Shown here: positions 1 to 11,684 of the stretch, piece after piece
Numbering within the stretch: the first letter of the stretch is position 1
Layout: each line of letters begins with the position of its first letter
Assembly (NCBI GenBank): GCA_963785305.1
Contig: CAWAUV010000005.1
Span: 352,001-416,000 of the forward strand
DNA: 64,000 bases
Direction: 5' to 3'
Source: an uncultured Planctomycetaceae bacterium
GTDB lineage: Bacteria; Planctomycetota; Planctomycetia; Pirellulales; PALSA-1355
Program-made: the position numbers and the translations under genes
Notes under the pieces: model-generated
Told to the model about the DNA's origin: nothing
What the model saw: the letters and a program-made list of their open reading frames with translations, nothing else
The model's database searches: none

Positions 1-1502
1 ATCACCACGAGTGGGCCGCCCCACATCATGCCGCGCTCCATGTCGTCGTAGTGCTGCACGCGGCCATCGGCGTCTTTCACCTGCACCACCGGGCCCTGGT
101 CGATAAACAGGCCGGTCATGTTGATCGCCTCGGTGAGCGAGCCGCCGCCGTTTTTCCGCAGATCGACCACGCACACGTCGACCTGCGAATTGTTGAACTG
201 CTTGAGCAATCGGGCCACGTCGCGCGTGGTGCTCTTGAAGTCCTCGAGGCCCTCGCGAGCGCCGCTCATGTCCATATAGAAGCTGGGCAGTTCGATCACG
301 CCCACGCGATAGGGAGTTCCATCGGGCTTGGTTCCGGTGGTGACGATCTCGCTGCGGGCCTCGCTGTCGGTCAGCGCGATCTTATCGCGAGCGATCACGT
401 AGATTTTCGGCTCGACGCCGCCAGCCGGAATCACCTTGAGACGCACACTGGTGCCCCGCGGCCCGCGAATGCGCTTGACCACATCGTTGAGCTTCATGTC
501 GACCACGTCTTCGATCTCGCCCTCGGGGCCTTGGCCAACGCCCACGATCTTATCCTCGGGCTGGAGCCGCTTGTCCTTGTCGGCGGCGCCGCCGGGAATG
601 ATTTTGCTCACCACCGTGTAGCCATCGGTGAACTGGAGCGCCGCGCCGATACCCTCGAGCTCGAGCTTCATGATGATCTCGAAGTTGTCGAGCGAGCTTT
701 GCAACATGTACGTCGTGTGCGGATCATACGACGTGGTGAGGCTCGTCAGATACATTTCGAGCAACTCGTCGTTGTCGGTCTGGTGCATTCGCTTGGCGAA
801 GCTGTGGTAACGCTTCGACAGCTTTTCGACCGGAGGCACGTCGGGCTCGGCCGCCTTTTCGCGCTTCGACTCTTTCTTGTCGGTCGCGGTCTTGTTGGCC
901 TTTTCCTTTTCCGCCTTCTCTTTTTCGGCCTTTTTGTCCCCCTTTTCGCCCAGTTGCACCAAGAGGTCGTACTTGATTCGCTTCCGCCAGAGCTCGCGCG
1001 ACTCGTCTTCGTTCTTGGCGTAGTGCAAGAGCTCGGGGTCGGTGATCATTTCCTCGTCGAGCGTGAAGTCGGGCGTGGTCTTGAGCAGCTCATCGACGAG
1101 CTTGACCCGATCGTCGACCCGCTGCAAGAAGCGGTGAAACACGTTGTAGCCGAAGCTCACATCGCCGCGCTTGGCCATGTCGTCGAGATTGTCTTTCTGG
1201 GCGTTGAATTCATCGATGTCGGCCTGACTGAAATAGATTTTCATCGGGTCGAGCGTCTTGAGATACATCTTCAGCCATCGCTCCGAGATTTCGTCGTCGA
1301 GCGGATGCCGCGAAAGATGTTCCTTCGAGAGCAGCTTGGCGATCACCAACGTGATGCGGTGGTCGTTTGGCTGCTGGACCGTCGGTTCGGCCACGCTCAG
1401 TCGGGCCATCGGACCGACCGCCATGAATGCTCCGGCCAGAACCGCCAAGGATCGCATTGCGAGCGAGCCCCACATGACAGACGACAAGCAACGACGAGTC
1501 AT
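1..1502 (-). CDS. prc: Carboxy-terminal processing (tail-specific) protease, S41A family; 3' end runs off the window
   Basis: Manual minus-strand translation from ATG 1502: signal-like N-terminus, HLSRHPLDDEISERWLKMYLKTLDPMKIYF, LWRKRIKYDLL, YDPHTTY, PDZ-like region, DLRKNGGGSL; the frame stays open to base 1. The 51..1508 + ORF is its antisense shadow. Confidence 0.9.
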   Translation of the reverse strand, partial: MTRRCLSSVMWGSLAMRSLAVLAGAFMAVGPMARLSVAEPTVQQPNDHRITLVIAKLLSKEHLSRHPLDDEISERWLKMYLKTLDPMKIYFSQADIDEFNAQKDNLDDMAKRGDVSFGYNVFHRFLQRVDDRVKLVDELLKTTPDFTLDEEMITDPELLHYAKNEDESRELWRKRIKYDLLVQLGEKGDKKAEKEKAEKEKANKTATDKKESKREKAAEPDVPPVEKLSKRYHSFAKRMHQTDNDELLEMYLTSLTTSYDPHTTYMLQSSLDNFEIIMKLELEGIGAALQFTDGYTVVSKIIPGGAADKDKRLQPEDKIVGVGQGPEGEIEDVVDMKLNDVVKRIRGPRGTSVRLKVIPAGGVEPKIYVIARDKIALTDSEARSEIVTTGTKPDGTPYRVGVIELPSFYMDMSGAREGLEDFKSTTRDVARLLKQFNNSQVDVCVVDLRKNGGGSLTEAINMTGLFIDQGPVVQVKDADGRVQHYDDMERGMMWGGPLVV

Positions 1503-1606
1503 AACTGAGTTTCCCTTTGCAGAAAGCCAGAGAGGGCAATGGCTTAGGTGTCCTGGGCCGAATGGGTCAATGCGAATCGTATCCCGATAGCCGCCTTCAT
1601 GCAAGA

Positions 1607-2551
1607 TCAGCCAGCGCCGCCGGCAAATTGCGGGGCATGCCGCGATCCATCGGGCTTCCCGAGGCGCCTATTTAGGCGAGCTTCGTTCTCCGCGCCTTCC
1701 GCGATCCGATCACGGAGCGCCTCCACCACCAGCCGATCGGGCCCCAGCCGCTCGGCAACCAAAAACTCGATATCCGGACACTGCTTCGCCGCCGTCGCCA
1801 CGCGTTCCTCGATCTCGGAGATCAAGCGTCCCGCGAACAACAAATGCGGCTCGACCAGCACCCGCCGCGCGCCGCTCCGAGCAAGCCGCTCCAAGGAGTC
1901 GGCAAGCCGCGGTTCGGCCATTGCCACGAAACAGACCTCGGCGCCGGCGTGGCGCCGATCGCTTGGAAATGACTCGGTCTCACCGACCAGGTGGGGGACC
2001 TGATCGCGTCGGAGCGCGAAATCGCGCATTTCTTCCGTCGCGCTCGGTTCGCGGCTGCCGCGGCCCACGAGCAATCTCGCCCAGTGGCCCGGCGACCGGC
2101 CGGCGACCCCCAAGGCTTCGCGTTCCCGGGCGAGCGAAAGCCGCAAGATGTTCGGATGGCAGCCCAAGTGGCTCGCTTGCCGCCAAGCAACCACCACGCC
2201 AAGGCGGTTTTCGACAACGCGACATGCATTTCTTACGGCGGCGGGAATGTCGTGGTTCGCATGTCCCGCGGCAAAAAGCAGCACCGGGGCGACCACCACC
2301 TCTCTTGACCCGCGCTCGGCGAGCCGCTCTAGGCCCGCGAATATAGTGGGCTCGGCAAATTCCAAAAAACAGGGTTCCACCGGCGTTGGATGCAGCCGCT
2401 CGGACACTTGGGCGGCCAGGGCGAGAAATTCTTGCTGCCCGGCGAGTTCGCGCGTGCCATGGCCCACGAGCAAGACGCCCGCCTGATCGGGGTCCGCGAA
2501 CTCGCTTCCAGGCAACGCCAATTTCGCGGCTTCTGAGCCAGAGGGTGTCAT
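1607..2551 (-). CDS. cbiX: Sirohydrochlorin chelatase, two-domain CbiX/SirB family
   Basis: LVGHGTR, CFLEFAEP, PVLLFAAGHANHDIP, second domain LVGRGS...PHLLFAG; start placed at ATG 2551. Confidence 0.85.
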   Translation of the reverse strand: MTPSGSEAAKLALPGSEFADPDQAGVLLVGHGTRELAGQQEFLALAAQVSERLHPTPVEPCFLEFAEPTIFAGLERLAERGSREVVVAPVLLFAAGHANHDIPAAVRNACRVVENRLGVVVAWRQASHLGCHPNILRLSLAREREALGVAGRSPGHWARLLVGRGSREPSATEEMRDFALRRDQVPHLVGETESFPSDRRHAGAEVCFVAMAEPRLADSLERLARSGARRVLVEPHLLFAGRLISEIEERVATAAKQCPDIEFLVAERLGPDRLVVEALRDRIAEGAENEARLNRRLGKPDGSRHAPQFAGGAG

Positions 2552-2822
2552 TTTGCGTTGAAATGCGTAGATTAACGGTAGGAGAAATGCCGCGGCTCGC
2601 CTGTCGCGGCTCGCTCGGCAAACCAAGTCGCTGTGACCGGGGTTTCGCGCGATTCCCCGCCGCCATGGGCTATTGTGCGACGTGGACTATTGTACGACCG
2701 GGGCGCGGGCCGGCCAGAGCGGCGGCAGGCGACGGAGAGCGGAAAAAACGCCACCGGCGGCGGCTTATTTCGTCGGCCCAACCACCCGTGATCAACATTT
2801 CGATACTTGCGAGCGCGATTGA

Positions 2823-4709
2823 GTGGCCGTGTTTAGCTTTCTCAACATGACCGCGGGCAGCCGAGCGGGTGACAACTTCCCGCTCGATCCCCAAACGGAA
2901 ACACGCATCGGACGCGGAACCGATTGCGGCATCATGCTCACCGACCCGCTCTGCTCGCGGGTGCATGCCGTGGTCTACCGGGCCGCCGACGGTTGGCGCA
3001 TGCGCGACGCCGACAGCCGCAACGGCACCTATGTCAACGAGCAAAAGATCGACGAAGCTCGCTTGGCGCCCGATCACATGGTTCGTGTCGGGAGCACCCA
3101 ATTCAAATACTGCGAAAGCGGCTCGGCGCCGCCGCCCCATGTGCTCGGCGCGATCAGCGCCACGCACACCATCATTCGCAACGAGTTCGTCGGCGAGGAG
3201 AAACACGCGCCGAGCCTGATCGAGATCGCCGATTCCCGCCCCGGCCAGGATTTCTTTTTACTCTATCAGCTCAGCATGCGGCTGCTCACGAGCGAGGACC
3301 CCGACGATTCGATGCGCATGGCGCTCGAGCTGCTGCGGGAATGGACTCGGGCCACGGTGGCCGGCTTCTTGTGGATCGGCGACGATGGCCGACTGAAGCC
3401 GAAGATCATGGTTCCCGAGTCGGCCCGCAACGCCCCGCTCAGTCCCACGCTCACGGAATATGTGTGCCGTCAGGGACAAGCGGTATGGATGGCCGACGAG
3501 CGGCCGAGCGATTCGACCGAATCGCTCAAGCATTTTGCCGACGCGCTCTGTGTGCCGCTGGTGCATGGCGGCAAGACCCTGGGGGCTTTGCATGTCTATC
3601 TCGAGAGCGGACGGTTCAAGCAAACCGATTTCGATTTCGCGGTGCGCGTCGCCAAGATCGCGGTGATGGCTCTGGTGCGCGTTCGGCGCGAATCGCGCCT
3701 GGGCGCCGAATATCAGCGGCTCGTGGCCAAGTCGACCGACCACGGCGAGCTCATCGGCGAGAGCCGGCCGATGCTCGAACTCAAAAGCAAAATCTCGCGG
3801 CTCGCCCGGGCCACCGGCTGCGTGCTCATTCGCGGCGAAAGCGGCTCGGGCAAGGAACTGATCGCCAGGGCATTGCACCGCGCCAGCCCGCGATCGGATC
3901 GGCCGATGCTCGGCGTGAATTGCGCCGCGATTCCGATCGAGCTCATGGAAAGCCAGCTCTTTGGCCATAAGGCCGGCGCGTTTACCGGCGCCAATCGCGA
4001 TCATGTCGGGTATTTCCAACAGGCCGACTCGGGCACGCTCTTTCTCGACGAAGTGGGCGAGCTCACGCTCGAAGGCCAAGCTAAGCTGCTGCGCATTCTC
4101 GAAGGCCACCCCTTCCTGCCGGTCGGCGCCACGCGCGAGATCACGGTCGATGTGCGGGTGATCGCCGCCACGAATCAGGATTTGCGCGACTATGTGCGGA
4201 ACAAGAAGTTTCGCGAAGACTTGTATTATCGGCTCGCCGTGTTCGAGATTTCGGCCCCGCCCTTGCGCCGCCGGGGCGACGACGTGGGCCTGCTGCTCGA
4301 CTATTTTCTCGTGAAGTTTCGCGAGCAGCAGGGCCGGCCGCATCTCGCGTTTTCGCCTGCGGCTCGCGATCGGTTGCTCGCTTATTCCTGGCCCGGCAAT
4401 GTGCGGCAATTGCGCAATGTGATCGATAGCGCCGTCGTGCTCGCCGAGGGCAATGAGATCGAGCCCCACGATCTGGGACTTGGCGATCCATTCGGCAGCC
4501 CCACTCCCAGTGGCGAATTCGAGTCGCTGAAGATCGACGATTGGGAGCGGAGGCTCATCACCCAGGCGCTTCGCCGCGCCGAGGGAAATGTGCTCGAGGC
4601 CGCCCGGCTACTGGGAATTGGCCGCGCGACCTTGTATCGTAAGATCGAGCAGTTTGGCATCGCCCGATCCCATCGCGAACCTGGCGACGAACGCCCCAAC
4701 ACGGAGTGA
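2823..4709 (+). CDS. Sigma-54-dependent transcriptional activator with FHA, GAF, AAA+ and Fis-HTH domains
   Basis: FHA (IGRG..SRVHA..SRNGT), GESGSGKE Walker A, ESQLFGH..GAFTGA, LFLDEV, WPGNVRQL, AARLLGIGRATLYRK. Confidence 0.93.
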   Translation: MAVFSFLNMTAGSRAGDNFPLDPQTETRIGRGTDCGIMLTDPLCSRVHAVVYRAADGWRMRDADSRNGTYVNEQKIDEARLAPDHMVRVGSTQFKYCESGSAPPPHVLGAISATHTIIRNEFVGEEKHAPSLIEIADSRPGQDFFLLYQLSMRLLTSEDPDDSMRMALELLREWTRATVAGFLWIGDDGRLKPKIMVPESARNAPLSPTLTEYVCRQGQAVWMADERPSDSTESLKHFADALCVPLVHGGKTLGALHVYLESGRFKQTDFDFAVRVAKIAVMALVRVRRESRLGAEYQRLVAKSTDHGELIGESRPMLELKSKISRLARATGCVLIRGESGSGKELIARALHRASPRSDRPMLGVNCAAIPIELMESQLFGHKAGAFTGANRDHVGYFQQADSGTLFLDEVGELTLEGQAKLLRILEGHPFLPVGATREITVDVRVIAATNQDLRDYVRNKKFREDLYYRLAVFEISAPPLRRRGDDVGLLLDYFLVKFREQQGRPHLAFSPAARDRLLAYSWPGNVRQLRNVIDSAVVLAEGNEIEPHDLGLGDPFGSPTPSGEFESLKIDDWERRLITQALRRAEGNVLEAARLLGIGRATLYRKIEQFGIARSHREPGDERPNTE

Positions 4710-6014
4710 GCCGTCCGATGAAACCCCCGCGCTACCTGTCGAGCGCCGCGAATATGATCGCGGCGTTGTTGATTGCCGGCCTCGCTGTCGCGCAGCAGGC
4801 CGCCGGCCAGGAGTGGACTCGCTTTCGCGGGCCCAATGGCCAGGGTCAAAGCGACACGAACTTCCCGGCCACGTGGTCCGATAAGGCGGTGCGCTGGAAA
4901 TCGACGCTGCCCGGCGCGGGCCATTCGTCGCCGGTCATTTGGGGCGATGAAGTCTTTATCACGAGCGCCGATTCCGAGACCGGCCACCGCTGGTTGCTCT
5001 GCTTGAGCGCGCTCGATGGCAAGGTTCTCTGGCAGCGCGACTATCCTTTCCAAACCTTCCATGTGCATAAGCAAAACGGATACGCCACCAGCACGCCCAC
5101 GGTCGACAAAAACCATGTCTACTGCGCCTGGGCCACGCCCGAGGATTATTTCGTCGTGGCCCTCGAGCACGGCGCCGTCTCGAAGCCGGGCAAGGAAGTT
5201 TGGCGACGGAGCCTCGGCGCCTTCATTAGCGAACATGGCTTCGGAACCTCGCCCTTGTTGTACGACGACCTCGGTGATCATCACCAACGATCAAGACGGC
5301 GCCAGCTCATTGCAAGCCCTCCGCGCCGCCGATGGCGCGATCGCTTGGCGCGTGGACCGCCGTACCCGCGAAAAGCAAAACGCTTCATACGCCGTGCCTT
5401 GCGTGCGCCGCCGCCCGGGCCAGCCCGACGAACTGATCGTCAACAGTTGGGCCTATGGCATTTCAGGCATCGATCCACGCACCGGCAAAACACTTTGGCA
5501 AGACGGCGTTTTCGAGCGTCGGCCGGTCGGGTCACCCGCGCTGGCCGGCGACCTGGTGTTGGGCAATTGTGGTGAAGGTAGCGGCAACAATACGTTTGTG
5601 GCGCTCCGGCCGCCGACTTCGCCATCATCGGCGCCCGAGGTCGTGTACAAGCTCGACAAGACTTCGGCGCCCTATGTGCCCTCGGTGCTGGTCGTGGACG
5701 ACATGGCGATCCTGTGGGGCGACAAGGGTATCGTTTCCTGCATCGATTGGGCCTCGGGCAAGGTGCATTGGCGCGAACGCGTGGGCGGCAATTACTCCGG
5801 CTCGCCGATCCGAGCCGGCGATAAAGTCTTCGCGATCTCGGCCGATGGCGACGTGGTCGTGCTGGCGGCCGCCAAGAAATACGAGCTCCTCGGCCGCGTT
5901 CCGCTCGGCGAAGCCAGCCGCGCGACGCCGGCGGTGTCGGATGGTTGCATGTTTCTGCGAACCGCCTCGCATCTTCTTTGCCTCGAAGGCGACGCGAATC
6001 GTGGCAAAAAGTGA
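4706..6014 (+). CDS. Secreted PQQ-like beta-propeller repeat protein (planctomycete type); frameshift near 5270
   Basis: Signal peptide then WTRFRGPNGQG, GHSSPVIW, STP repeats in ORF 4706..5575, continuing in ORF 5016..6014 (YVPS, YSGSP, RATPA). Confidence 0.85.
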
Positions 6015-9000
6015 CGGACCATTTCGTGCCCGTCGATAAGCCCATGAACGTCCCGCAATTTTGGATCGACGTCGGCGGCACGTTCACCGACTGTTTTCTA
6101 CACATGCCCGATGGCCGCCTCTCGCGGCACAAGCTGCCCAGCACCGGCCGCGTGCCCGGCGTCGCAAGCCCCGGGTCCGACCGCGCGATGCTCGTCGACG
6201 CGGCGCGGAGCGGCGATCCACCGCGGGCGTGGGTTGGCTATGAGCTCCATGTGCTCGACGCCCACCGCCGGCCGCTCGCCACGCGCATCGTCCGTGCGTT
6301 CGAGGCAAACACCGGCCGATTCACGCTCGACTCGCCGCTCGAAGCTCCGATCGCGGCGGGGCAACCCTATGAACTCGTCGGCGAGGAAGCGCCGTTGGTG
6401 GCCATTCGCTATTTGCTCGGCCTCGACCGCCACGCGGCGATACCCCCGATCGATGTGCGCCTCGGCACGACGCGCGGCACCAATTGCCTGCTCACTCGCT
6501 CGGGCACCGGCGTCGGGCTCGTCACCACGCGCGGCTTTGCCGATCTGCTCGAAATCGGCTACCAGAGTCGCCCGCGACTGTTCGATCTCACGATCGTAAA
6601 GCCAGCGCTACTATACGCCACGACTGGCGAGATCGACGAGCGGCTCGCGGCCGATGGCGGCGTGCTTCAAGCGCCTTCGGCCGAGCAAGTTCGGCGCGAG
6701 CTCGCGCGACTCAAGAGCCTCGGCGCGAAATCGATCGCGATTTGTCTGCTGCACGCCACGATCAATCCCGCGCATGAAAACTTCGTGGCGGGAATCGCGG
6801 CCGAGATCGGTTTTGATGAAATCAGCGTGTCGCACGAAGTGGCGGCGATCGGCAAGATCGTCTCTCGCGGCGATACCACGGTGCTCGACGCCTATTTGAA
6901 TCCGGTGCTCCGCCGTTATGTCGCGGGACTTGAAAGCGCGATCGGCGTCGGTCGGCTGCGGCTGCTCAGCTCGGCCGGCGCGCTTACCGCGCCGGGGCGT
7001 TTTACCGGCAAAGACAGCATTCTCTCCGGCCCGGCCGGTGGAGTGGTGGGCGTGGCGCGGGTTGCCGAGGCGGCGGGGTTTCGTCGCGCCATCGGGTTCG
7101 ACATGGGCGGATCGAGCACCGATGTCTCGCGATACGACGGCCGCTTCGATCTGGAGTTCGAGACGCAAAAAGCCGGTGTGCGCGTGGCGGCGCCGATGCT
7201 GGCGATCGAAACCGTCGCGGCTGGCGGCGGCTCGATTTGCCGGTTCGATGGCGTTAAGCTCGTCGTCGGTCCCGAGAGCGCCGGCGCCGATCCCGGCCCA
7301 GCGGCTTATGGGCGCGGCGGGCCGCTCACCGTGACGGATGTCAATCTGTTTCTCGGCCGCATTCCCGCGGCGCGATTTCCGATTCCGCTCGAACTGCCGG
7401 CAATCGACGCTCGGCTCGATGAAATCCTACGCGCGATGGACGATGTGGGCGCCGGGCTTGTCGATCCCTTGCCGCCGACGGCGTCCATTATCGAGGGAGA
7501 AGATAACCCCTCGCGGCAGCGCCGGCGGGTGTTGCTTGCCCATGGGCTCGCGCGTGGCCAATGCCGCCATGGTCAAGGCGGTGCGCTCGGTGTCGGTCGC
7601 CAAGGGGTTCGATCCGCGCGAGCATCTGCTGGTATCGTTCGGCGGCGCCGGCGGTCAGCATGCTTGCGCGATCGCCGAGGAGCTCGGGATCGGCGAAATT
7701 CTGCGCATCCCGACGCGGGACTATTGAGCGCCTTCGGCATCGGCCACGCGGAGCTCGCCCGTCATGGCTCGACCGCCTTCGAGTCTCCGCTCGATTCGGC
7801 CGTGCTCGCCCAACTGACCGAGGCCATCGCCCAGTGCGAGCGGCGAATGACCGCGGAACTGATTGCCGACGGCGCGCCCGCCGCGGCGATCGAACACACG
7901 CACGAAATCGATCTGCGCCATGCGGGCGTCGAAGCCACGCTCGGAGTGCGTCTGCCTCCCTCGCCGGCGGTAGCCACGCTCGACGCGATCCGGAGCGATT
8001 TCGAAGCATCGCACCGGCGGCTCTTTGGTTACTCACGGCCCGACCGACGCCTCGAACTAGCCACCCTCCGCTCGACGGCCACGGCGCGCTCCGAAACCGC
8101 CCCACCGCGTTCCGAACGCCTACCGCCGTCAAATGCCACGGTCAGCGGCTCGGCGCGCGTGTGGTTCTCCAACGATGCCCGCGAAACGCCGGTGCATCTC
8201 CGCGGACTTGCGGCCTGGCGATCGCATCGAAGGTCCGGCGATTGTCTGCGAACTCGGCTCGACGCTCGTGATCGATCCCGGTTGGCAAGGCGATGTGCTC
8301 AGCCAGGGCGAACTTCTCCTAACGCATGTGCGCCCGGAGCGGGCAAAACCGCAGGCGGCGCCGGCCGCCGCATCCAGCGGCACGCGCGCGTCGCTTCCCG
8401 ACGCGGCCCAGCTCGAAATCTTCAACAATCAACTGGCCGGCATCGCCGAACAAATGGGCCACACGCTGCGCAACACCGCGAGCAGCGTGAATGTGAAAGA
8501 ACGGCTCGACTTTAGCTGCGCCATCTTCACGGCCGCCGGCGAACTGGTGGCCAACGCGCCGCATATTCCGGTACACTTGGGCGCCATGGGCGAGACGGTG
8601 CGCGGCGGGCTCGCCGACAACCCGGCAATGCGGCCCGGCGATGTCTTTATCACCAACGATCCGTTCCGCGGCGGTTCGCACCTGCCCGACATTACCGTCG
8701 TCACGCCGGTGCATGAGCCCACGTCGGCCAAGCTGCTGTTCTTCACCGCTAGCCGCGCCCATCACGCCGAGATCGGCGGTTTGGCGCCGGGCTCGATGTC
8801 GCCCTTTTCCAAGTCGCTTGCCGAAGAAGGGGTGTTGATTCGCAATTTTTCGCTCTTGCCGGCGGACGCCCTCGCGACTTCTGCCCAGGTCTTGCCGCGC
8901 GAGCCGCGCTGGCGGGAGTTGGCCGCGCTCTTGGCCGCGGGACCGTATCCCTCGCGCGACGTGGCCGCGAACCTCGCCGACCTCGCCGCGCAAGTGGCTG

Positions 9001-10049
9001 CCAATCAACAGGGCGCTCGCGAACTTTTGGCGCTCGCCGAGCGTCATTCGCTCGATTATGTGCTCCGCTATATGCGACACATCCAAGCTTCGGCCGAGCG
9101 CAAAACACGGCAAGCGCTCGCCAAGTTGGGCGATGGCCACTACCACCGCCGCGACCGGCTCGACGATGGCTCGCCTATCGAAGTGTCGATTACGATCGCG
9201 GGCGAGTCGGTTCGTGTCGACTTCACCGGCTCCGGCCCCGTGTCGTCGGGCAATCTCAATGCGAACACCGCGATTGTGCGCTCGGCGCTCATGTATGTGC
9301 TTCGCTGTTTGCTGGCCGAGGACATTCCGCTGAATGAAGGCGTGCTCCGGCCGGTGGAGCTCCTGATTCCGCCGGGACTCTTGAATCCGCCGACGAACGA
9401 CGATCCGGCCCGAGCGCCGGCGGTGGCCGGCGGCAATGTCGAAACCTCGCAGCGCGTGGTCGATGTGCTCCTTGGCGCGCTCGCGTTGGCCGCGGCCAGT
9501 CAAGGCACGATGAACAACCTTCTCTTTGGCGACGCCACGTTTGGATATTATGAAACGCTCTGCGGCGGCGCCGGCGCCACGTCCCGGGGACCCGGCGCGC
9601 ATGCGGTGCAAACCCATATGACCAACACCCGATTGACCGATCCGGAAGTGCTCGAGCGCCGCTATCCGGTTCGGCTGGCGAAGTTCGAGATTCGCCGCGG
9701 CTCGGGCGGGGCGGGCTTGCATCGAGGTGGCGATGGCGTGCGGCGCGAGATCGAATTTCTTCGCCGGCTCGATGTATCGCTCCTTACCCAGCGACGCGGC
9801 CCGGCCGCCCCCTTCGGTCTGGCCGGTGGTGAGCCCGGCGCCCTGGGAAAGAATCTGTTGCGCCGCGCCTCCGGCGACATCGAGTCGCTTCCGGCGCTCG
9901 CCCAGTTCACGGTCGACCCGGGCGACCGCCTCACGCTAGAAACGCCCGGCGGCGGCGGCTGGGGCGCAAGCGTCCTTCTCGCTGGAAAAGAAGGAATCCT
10001 TGCAACCTTTCTCCTTCCGGGAGAAGGCGCCGGCAAAGCCGACGGATGA
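6011..10049 (+). CDS. 5-oxoprolinase / hydantoinase A+B fusion; frameshifts near 7550, 7705 and 8200
   Basis: [86 protein letters not shown] spread over successive frames. Confidence 0.9.
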
Positions 10050-10075
10050 GGGCGCTTCGTCGCGCTGGGCTATAT

Positions 10076-11359
10076 TTAGGCCGCGTGGCGGCGCGGGGCG
10101 GATTCGGCCGGTTTTGTCGGGCGGGATGTTTCCATGCCATAAAATCCGGCCACGCTCCGAGTCACCAACCGCTGCTCGCCGGCCGACAGCTCCGGGAAGA
10201 TCGGCAGCGCGATCGTCTCGGCCGCGGCGCGCTCCGATTCGGGCAGGCTGCCGGGGCGGTAGCCGAGATATTGGAAACACTCTTGTTGATGCAACGACAG
10301 CGGATAGTAAATCTCACTGCCCACGCCAACGCTCGCTAGATGCCGCCGCAGCGCGTCGCGGCCACCATCGGGCACGCGCACCACATACTGATTCCATACA
10401 TGGCGCCGCTCCGCCTGGACCTCGGGCAGCCCCACCACGCGATCCAGGCTCGCGAGTTGGAAAAGCTCGGTGTAGCGAGCGGCGTTGGCTTCGCGCATCT
10501 GGGTCCAGGTTTCGAGATGCGGGGTCTTCACATTGAGCAGCGCGGCTTGCAACGTGTCGAGGCGAGAATTGATACCGATCACGCGATGGTAATATCGCGG
10601 GGCCATGCCGTGTCCCCGCAAGAGGCGCAGTTTGTCGGCCAGATCGGCGCGGTTCGTGACACACATGCCGCCATCGCCCATGCCGCCCAAATTCTTCGTC
10701 GGGTAGAAGCTGATGCAGCCGATGTCGCCGATCGAGCCGGCGCGGCGTCCGGAGTGTTCGGCGCCGATCGCCTGGCAGGCGTCTTCGACCACGGCAAGTC
10801 CGTGGCGAGCCGCGATTTTACCGATCGCGTGCATATCGGCGCATTGGCCGAACAGATGCACGGGAATCACGGCCTTCGAGGCCGGCGTCACGAGCGAGGC
10901 CAAATGCGCGGGCGACATGTTGAACGAGCCCGGCTCGATATCGACGAATACCGGCTGGGCGCCCAAGCGCGTGACGGCGCTGGCGGTGGCGAAAAATGTG
11001 TAGCTAGGCAGGAGCACCTCGTCACCGGGACCCACTTCGAGCGCCATCAGCGCCAGCAAGAGGGCATCGCTGCCCAACGCGCAAGCCACGGCCTCGGCCG
11101 TTGTGCAGTGCTTCGCCATGAACTGCTCGAGTTGCTCGCACTCGGGCCCCAGCACGAAGCGGCCCGAGTTCAGCACCCGTTCCACGGCGGCGCGAAATTC
11201 GGGCATCAGCGGGCGATGCTGCCGGGCCAAATCGAGCAGCGGGGCGGTCGTCGGTTGGTCGGAAACGATGTCAGCCGCCGCGGTCGAGGGCGGGGTCTGC
11301 GAAGCGCCAGGAGTGTGAAATGGAACCGACGGATGATTGGCGGAATGCGGTGCGCTCAT
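10076..11359 (-). CDS. DegT/DnrJ/EryC1/StrS family PLP-dependent aminotransferase
   Basis: PVHLFGQ, EDACQA, SFYPTKNLGGMGDGG, NSRLD, LPIFPEL. Confidence 0.93.
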   Translation of the reverse strand: MSAPHSANHPSVPFHTPGASQTPPSTAAADIVSDQPTTAPLLDLARQHRPLMPEFRAAVERVLNSGRFVLGPECEQLEQFMAKHCTTAEAVACALGSDALLLALMALEVGPGDEVLLPSYTFFATASAVTRLGAQPVFVDIEPGSFNMSPAHLASLVTPASKAVIPVHLFGQCADMHAIGKIAARHGLAVVEDACQAIGAEHSGRRAGSIGDIGCISFYPTKNLGGMGDGGMCVTNRADLADKLRLLRGHGMAPRYYHRVIGINSRLDTLQAALLNVKTPHLETWTQMREANAARYTELFQLASLDRVVGLPEVQAERRHVWNQYVVRVPDGGRDALRRHLASVGVGSEIYYPLSLHQQECFQYLGYRPGSLPESERAAAETIALPIFPELSAGEQRLVTRSVAGFYGMETSRPTKPAESAPRRHAA

Positions 11360-11425
11360 GCGTTATGCCTGTGACCTCGTGAAAAACAGGTAGGGAACAT
11401 CCATCCCGGCGTCGTCGCGGCGCGG

Positions 11426-11454
11426 AGATTAGGGGGAGCCAAGCCCGGCGTCAA
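11426..11454 (-). promoter_or_regulatory. Putative sigma-70 promoter for the DegT-family gene
   Basis: Minus strand TTGACG-N17-TAATCT, about 70 bp upstream of the ATG. Confidence 0.5.
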
Positions 11455-11684
11455 GATGAGCGCTTTTGTCGAACGAGCGGAGGGGCGCCTCCGGTGAGCC
11501 CGCATTTTTCGCGGTTGCGAAACGCGGCGCGGCGCGCGACAATACTTCACTTCCCGCGGAATTTCCCGTGTTTGCACATGGAGCAACCACGGGCCCCATG
11601 AGTGCCCCAAGCGCGGCGGCGCGCACGAGATGTCGGGGTTTACCCGGGCGCCCTTCGCGCCGCGATATTCGAGGAGATCGTTTG

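Noticed and set aside
840..950. Purine/pyrimidine-skewed low-complexity tract in prc
   Set aside because: It encodes a Lys/Glu-rich linker (EKGDKKAEKEKAEKEK) in frame; not a separate element.
51..1508. 485-aa plus-strand ORF and other long antisense ORFs (e.g. 10340..11374, 19464..20834, 32036..34093, 35303..36289, 54499..55902)
   Set aside because: Shadows of recognisable genes on the opposite strand; expected in high-GC DNA, with no motifs of their own.
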